From the NCBI RefSeq assembly GCF_009914755.1, contig NC_060928.1: a DNA stretch of 64,000 bases; one strand, 5' to 3'. This document shows, piece by piece, positions 54,177-64,000 of this stretch; the stretch's first letter is position 1; every line of letters starts with the position of its first letter. Made by a program: the position numbers and the translations under genes. Source of the stretch: the human T2T-CHM13v2.0 reference genome, Homo sapiens. Below the pieces are notes generated by a model that did not search any database, was not told where the DNA came from, and worked only from the letters and a program-made list of their open reading frames with translations.

Positions 54177-54821
54177 GTGAAAAGACTCGGCAGTCTGCAG
54201 CGGGGCGGGTGGGAGTAATTGTGGGAGGACACGAGACCGCTGTGGGAAGGGGAGCGAACGAAGCTAACGGCTGCGGGGCGGGCACCGAGGTGCTTAGGGA
54301 GGGTCCCAACGGCCCAGACCCCTGCTGTTTAGGGGCGGAGCGGCCCGCCCCTCAAGAGACAAGAGTAGGGAAGGCGGGACAGGTGAGTCCCTCCCCGCCC
54401 GGCAGTGTCCCGAGGCACTGCGGCTTTCTTTCAGCAATCCCGCCCGAGCTACCGCGTTAGAGCAGGGCAGGGCTACCTCCCACTTCTCCAAGGGGATGGC
54501 GGTTATCTCCGGCGGGAGCTGCGGCGGGATTCTGACCAAGCCCTCCGCTCCCGGGGATTGGCTGGAGATGGGAGGAGGGCGCTTAGGCTGCACTGAGGTT
54601 GAGGAACCAGATCACTAGGGTGCACCATCACCCTGAGCTTCCAGTCCAGCCTGGAAGCGCAGGTATCCCCGCACGGAGTCAACATGCCTTCCACCCTAGA
54701 CACCTGCTGCATCGAGGTGTAATACCCGCTTGAATTTTGTCAAATTCCCCACTCGATCCATTTTATCTTCTTTTTCCAGCCCCTTCCCATCTTCCTTTCT
54801 ACTGTGAGTCATCACACATAA

Positions 54822-54950
<129 letters not shown>

Positions 54951-55350
54951 TAATCAACTTCTCTCCTGTACTTTGCAAGTAACTAGAGAGGTATCAGAGA
55001 TGTCAGAAACTCCTTATCTACTAGCCTTTCCTTTGATTATAGTGTAAGGAACACTTTACATAGGCAGAAGACAATAGTGCCAAGTCCAGCCGTTGAACTT
55101 AAAAATATTTTAGGAAAGCCTTGACCTTGCTTAAGTAAGTTTTATCTTCATTAATGTTCAGTAGACCTCGTATGTGGTGTAATTATCCATACTTGGAGTA
55201 ATGAGTAGAAATCAACTAACAAATAATTTGTTTATAGTTCACTGTGTATAATTTTGTATTTCCCTGTAACATACAAAATATTATTCTTGATTGTTAGAAG
55301 TCAGCCTAATAGGAGTAACATAAACATAAGCAAATTAAGAATTATTTGTC

Positions 55351-55942
<592 letters not shown>

Positions 55943-56272
55943 TCATTTATCTAAACCACTTAGAAAAAGAACTGGAGGTTTTGCTCTAAAATTTGCCTGA
56001 ATTGGGATTTTTTTTCTTAATAGTTAGGCTAGTTGTGCTATTAGATTATTTAAATTGAGATAGGATATTAGAATTAATTGGTCAAACTTTTACCAAGCAC
56101 CCTCTCTGCCGAGCACTCTGCTAGGTGCATGGGGAAAACAGATAACAGTAGGTTGACCACAAAGACGTATAAAAGGACTTCAGTCTATTTTAAAGTATAC
56201 TTTATTTTCAAAGTTCACTTTTAAGCAGTTTATATTTGAAAGTCTGTCAACATTTAAACCTGTTATTTTTAG

Positions 56273-56404
<132 letters not shown>

Positions 56405-56449
56405 TGAATTTTTGTATATTTTAATTTATTATGCCCTTTCACATTTCAG

Positions 56450-56564
56450 CTTTATAACTATTTTGAAGATAGCAATTATGTGTATCTGGTATTAGAAATG
56501 TGCCATAATGGAGAAATGAACAGGTATCTAAAGAATAGAGTGAAACCCTTCTCAGAAAATGAAG
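56450..56564 (+). CDS. PLK4: PLK4 exon 4
   Basis: [38 protein letters not shown](A). tttcag| and |gtaggt. Preceded by an 81-nt intron. Confidence 0.97.
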
Positions 56565-57532
56565 GTAGGTGTGTGGTTTTTTTTGTTTGTTTTGTTTGGG
56601 TGGATAAAAGTTTTGCATTTTAAAGTGTAGTTTTGAGGAATATGCTATTTTATAATATATAGTAAAACTGTTTGAATTATTACTTTAAGCTAGAAAAGGA
56701 GATTTCCTACATCCCAAGCTGCTAATTCTTAAAACAATTCAATTATTACGGTAGTAAAGTAAGAAATTTGTTATCCTTCTGTCCTTAAAACCACATTTTA
56801 AATTAAATTATTGGTAGCAGTTTACTGTGTATCTTTTCAAATGTAGTAACCTTTTTAGGATGTCATTGGTGACTATAAAGTAGTTCTAAATCAAGCATAA
56901 ATAGCCATTGAAACTGTTTATTATAGAAAACATGAAACATACAGGTAGTGTGCTATAATGAGTCCCCTGAACTTAACACTCAGCTTCCAAAACTAGTGAC
57001 TCATGGTCATATTATTTCATCTTTACTGTTTTTACTACCTTGATTTTCCAAAGTATTTTGAAGCAAATTATAGACATATTTTTAACTAGAAATATTTCAA
57101 AGTATAGACTTCTTTAAAAACGTAGCCACAAAGTCATTATCACACCTAATAATTATTTACTATCAAATATATAGCTTCAGACTTCCTCAATTTCTCATAA
57201 TTTTTTGCAGTTCAAAGCAGAACCAAATAAGGTCTATACATTGACACAAATGATTGTTTTCAAGTTATCTTGCTCTGCTAACTGAGATTACAGACAAGCT
57301 AACAGAAGTAGTTGCTGATAGGCTTCTTGTACATCTGAATCTATATAAGCCATTTGGAAAACAATTCGGACATATGTATTTAGAGTTACGGAAATATTTA
57401 TATTCTTTGACTCAGATTCCATTGTTGGAAGTTTATTCCAAAGAAATAATACAAATTGAAAAAAAATTGATACTCATCTTGATAATGACTACTGCAGTTT
57501 TTTATAATACTTCATTAAAAAAGGCCTTATTA

Positions 57533-57971
<439 letters not shown>

Positions 57972-58208
57972 TTACTTGGGAAAGTTTGGGAGACATCGTT
58001 GGAACTTTAGCTTTTTCTTTTTTTTAACAATTAGAAAATATGTATGAATCGTTTGTGCAATTGTTTTTCTTAATTGCTATGGTTACCCTAATGACTCTCA
58101 GTTGCTAAAAAAAAAGTAGGCTTCTCTTAACTGCATGTAAAACGCTCATCAGTTGGAAATAACGAAGATTAAAAGGAATGCCTAGTTTTCTTAAAGGTTA
58201 ATATGATA

Positions 58209-58585
<377 letters not shown>

Positions 58586-58693
58586 CTAAGCTCCAAGCCA
58601 CTGTTCTACTACAGTGCTCTAGAATATTTACCTGGGTTTCATAATGTATACTAAATACTAGATACTGAATCTTCCAGAGTTTCTAAATTGTAA

Positions 58694-59740
<1,047 letters not shown>

Positions 59741-60406
59741 TAAGAATAATTCTATCAGAGGCATTTTGTTTTTTGGTAACATTATACTAGTATAAATATG
59801 AAGCTGCATGTAAGCGGGGGGATACCAGGGAAATGAATGTCTAAAAAAAAAAACCACTGTCATGATTTTGACCTGTGGTTAACAGTCTTAACAGGAGTGT
59901 GTGTGTTCATGAATGTGTTTATAAAATTGTTTAATATTTGGAAATTTTTAGCCTCATTTTTTAATTTTATATGGAGTGAGTCTCCAGTGCAAAGTATCAT
60001 ATATATTAGTCATGCCTTACCCCCTAAAGTACTTAATAATAACTGTATACATAGATAGAAAAGCTGAGATTGAGTGGTCATAATTCTGACTGCTTCCAAT
60101 ATGAAAACTAATTTTCAGTGACTGTATTGTGTGTTTTTTTTCTTTTTCTGTTCATTTTGTGATTTTTATGCTTAAATTATAAGAGGGCAGTAGCCATACA
60201 GAAATGCTGTCAAAGTGCCCTGGGCATTTTGGCATGGGAGTTTAGCTTTTTAAAGATAGCATAGTTATGCCAATATTGTTTTCTATAGTTATTCTAAAAT
60301 GTTCAGGTATTCAAATCAGAAGAAATCCTTCTCTAATATTTTTACCTTAAAAAGTTACCTGATAATTTTTTATTAGTTTATGGGATTTTTTTGTTTGTTT
60401 GTTTAG

Positions 60407-60507
60407 CTCCAATCATCTTTGTCCAGGAAAAACTCCTTTTCCATTTGCAGACCCGACACCTCAGACTGAAACCGTACAACAGTGGTTTGGGAATCTGCAA
60501 ATAAATG
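60407..60507 (+). CDS. PLK4: PLK4 exon 6
   Basis: (L)[33 protein letters not shown](A). gtttag| and |gtgagt, phases match. Confidence 0.96.
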
Positions 60508-60607
60508 GTGAGTTTTTAATGGAGTATTTAATCAAGAATTAATTACTTGGAAACTTACCAAGCATTGCAGTGTTCTATTTGAGATTTTTAAAGAAAATCA
60601 TTTTCTT

Positions 60608-61233
<626 letters not shown>

Positions 61234-61284
61234 CATTTTCAGTACGTCTCAATAAAGCTCTGTTACAATATTTGAATATTTGCT

Positions 61285-61500
61285 GTAAGTCAGCCACTGT
61301 CCTTAATGTTTAACATATATTAAGTTCTCACAAAAAAACATGAGGAAGATACTGTTATTATCTCCGTCTTACAGATGAGGAAACTGGGTACACAGAGCTT
61401 AATTTGCCCAAGCTATGTGACCATTCAGCAGAGGAGCCAGGGTTCGAACATAAGTAGTCTGGCTCAGAGACTTTATTCTTAACCCCTGCTCTTGCAGCCT
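61285..61500 (-). mobile_element. MIR
   Basis: ttattatctccgtcttacagatgaggaaactgggtacacagag...aatttgcccaag...gagccagggttcgaac. Confidence 0.8.
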
Positions 61501-62885
61501 CTCTATAATCAGCACCTTCTATCAGTGCCCATAAAATAATGAAAAGATGATTGACCTTATTTTTAAGTGGAAGCTGATAAGGACAGTATAGGGTACCAAT
61601 GGGACCTCACACTAAAGTACAGAGCTACTAAAACCTAAATATTTTTAAACAGCTATCATCCAAGTCATGTTGTTTATAATACAGAGTTTGAAGGTTAAAC
61701 ATTCCTCATTAATGAACATGACAGATTCACAGAAGGTGAATTGGGAAATAATGATGGAAAAAAGAATAAAAGAGACATATGGAGAGGAGGAGATCATTTT
61801 TTACTAAGTATCGTATTACCTCATAGACAAAAAGCAAATAACACAGCTGTAATTTAATCAGAGAGTTGTATGTTATCTTGAGTCTATTCTCTTTTTTTAA
61901 TGTATATTATTCTCAGAAGCCCAAAAGGAAATTAATCTTTTTATTTATAGTAATTAGAGATGATAATTCAGGTTTGTTTTTTAAACTATAAAACTGCCAC
62001 ATACTTAATTTTGCACATCTGTTGTGTTTACAGATACTTATATTTAGTAACACAGACTTGTCTGAGATGGAGAAATAACCTTGTTTATAATAATCCAGTA
62101 GTGTTCCTGCAATTTTTCAGTATATTATTTGATACAAAATACTTTCTGTCATAAGGAGAGTGGGGGGAAAGCACTAAAAAGTCATTTAAGAAAAAAAATA
62201 TAATTCAAATTTTTAGTTTAGCATTGAAAAATTGCCTTACCAAGTTTTATATAATCTGATCATTTAAAGCCTGTAAAAGATACTGTTCTGTATGTGAACT
62301 TTAAAACCATACAAAATAAAAATTGGTAAACTTAATTACTTTTTTAAAAAATGCTGGTGCAAGTACATGTGTAATATTAAATATTAATGTTAAAGCTGTT
62401 CATATAGTGTTTTTGCTTTTAGTTGCATATTTTCATTAATTGCAGGTATTTCTAAGTAAAGATGGGCTAGACAGTTCTTAGCTTAAAGAGAGTAAGTTTA
62501 TATATTTTTCTCATGTAGAATGATTACTTGGGAACTCAAATCTGCTTTTGTTGGCACATTGGCAGTTGCATGCTTTAGGATTAATAGGTGACCATATAGT
62601 GACTAGTTTTTGCCTTAATTGAAAAATTAATTTTATGTTAATATCTTTTGTGTCTTAGTCTTAGGAATACTAAAGGTATTTCTTCACGATCTGGTTTAAA
62701 ATGTTCTTTCAAAGTCATGTCTTAAACTGCTTATTTGTTAGAAAATTATGAGCTCTTATTGTTTTGTTTTTTGTAACTAGAATTCTTTTGTTCAAAAAAT
62801 GCTATTACAATCAGAGTGACGTTATTTTGTGTCGACTTGTGTTTTTAGTTATTTACTAAATTGCTTCATTCTATGTATATTGTAG

Positions 62886-63256
62886 CTCATTTAAGAAAAA
62901 CTACTGAATATGACAGCATCAGCCCAAACCGGGACTTCCAGGGCCATCCAGATTTGCAGAAGGACACATCAAAAAATGCCTGGACTGATACAAAAGTCAA
63001 AAAGAACTCTGATGCTTCTGATAATGCACATTCTGTAAAACAGCAAAATACCATGAAATATATGACTGCACTTCACAGTAAACCTGAGATAATCCAACAA
63101 GAATGTGTTTTTGGCTCAGATCCTCTTTCTGAACAGAGCAAGACTAGGGGTATGGAGCCACCATGGGGTTATCAGAATCGTACATTAAGAAGCATTACAT
63201 CTCCGTTGGTTGCTCACAGGTTAAAACCAATCAGACAGAAAACCAAAAAGGCTGTG
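62886..63256 (+). CDS. PLK4: PLK4 exon 7 (linker and start of cryptic polo box PB1); gene continues beyond the window
   Basis: (A)[13 protein letters not shown]...[17 protein letters not shown]. ttgtag| and |gtatgt. Cumulative CDS is 1830 nt = 610 codons. Confidence 0.96.
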
Positions 63257-64000
63257 GTATGTCTGTTATCTTCTTAAGTTACTAAATAACATTTTACTTG
63301 AGAATACAATTCTTGAGAACATATTTTTTAGTCCTCTGTAATGTCCTTTTACTTTGGGGTGTATACATGATCAACTTTATTAAAGAGAAAAGAGACTGGG
63401 TGTTTATGGAAAAACAGCTCTTATTTCCCTCTATCTTCTTAATTATAGTGACATGATACTGGTAAGTTTTGAATTTTAAATTATTAATTTAAAGTAGATT
63501 TGAATGAAAAACATTTTAAAATAATACTGGCTATATGCTGGTTAAAGATTATTTTGTTCACAATTCCAATCAGTGAGCTAATATTATCCTTTGCTTCTAT
63601 TTTTATTGTTTGTAAATTTAATCCCATCTCAAATTTTAAAAAACTGGAAAATATAACTTTTATTTTTTTAGCTTCTGGAACTAAAGAAAAGGCATATACA
63701 CATTTAAGTTTAGAGTTTAAAAATTATTGTATGTGAATTGAGAATGGTGTGTGTTTTTTTAATTCTATCTTTATCCTGTTGTTTGTTCCCATTTTACTTC
63801 CCATTTCATCCTTGCCTTTGTTTGGCTTGCTATTATCTTTTCAAAGTCCTTATTCTCCACTCTACCTTCTGTTTGCTTTCTGCTCATTGATTATCACTTC
63901 ACACTTCATTATACATTCTTAACTTTGCACCATATGGTTCACAGTTGTGCTCAAATATACCTCTGATCTGGACTGTTGTAGTGAAGCAGCTTTGATTTTG

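Larger units (their letters stand above)
53600..54730. promoter_or_regulatory. PLK4: PLK4 CpG island/promoter
   Basis: Abrupt CpG/GC enrichment around exon 1, TATA-less, with GC boxes in intron 1. Confidence 0.92.

Noticed and set aside
53729-54712. Several 60-120 aa ORFs across the CpG island as separate genes
   Set aside because: Expected by chance in GC-rich, stop-poor DNA. Only the uORFs and PLK4 exon 1 are supported.
62861-63277. Stand-alone 138-aa ORF
   Set aside because: It is PLK4 exon 7 plus intronic flanks, and the listed start is intronic.

Overview
Human (or very close hominoid) genomic DNA, not prokaryotic. The + strand carries the last three coding exons and the 3' UTR of HSPA4L (HSP110/APG-1, ending ...GEMEVD* at 5871). 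About 40 kb of almost continuous nested transposable elements follows, then the CpG-island promoter and exons 1-7 of PLK4 (kinase domain, phosphodegron, linker, start of the cryptic polo box). I found no CRISPR array, RNA gene or new protein-coding system. The most notable structures are: (i) an L1PA3-like LINE-1 whose 5' UTR was spliced before integration (SpIRE-type junction), which has two tandem 3' ends and sits inside an older L1PB; (ii) an old, apparently full-length L1 with a ~113-bp tandem monomer array and two nested solo LTRs; (iii) a small complex rearrangement with templated copies near 41.3-42.1 kb; (iv) several dosage-limiting features of PLK4 (two uORFs, a strong competing intron-1 donor, an in-frame internal exon-5 donor, a read-through stop); and (v) inverted Alus in the probable long HSPA4L 3' UTR. 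Repeat subfamily names come from recalled consensus sequences, and repeat boundaries are approximate unless a TSD is cited.
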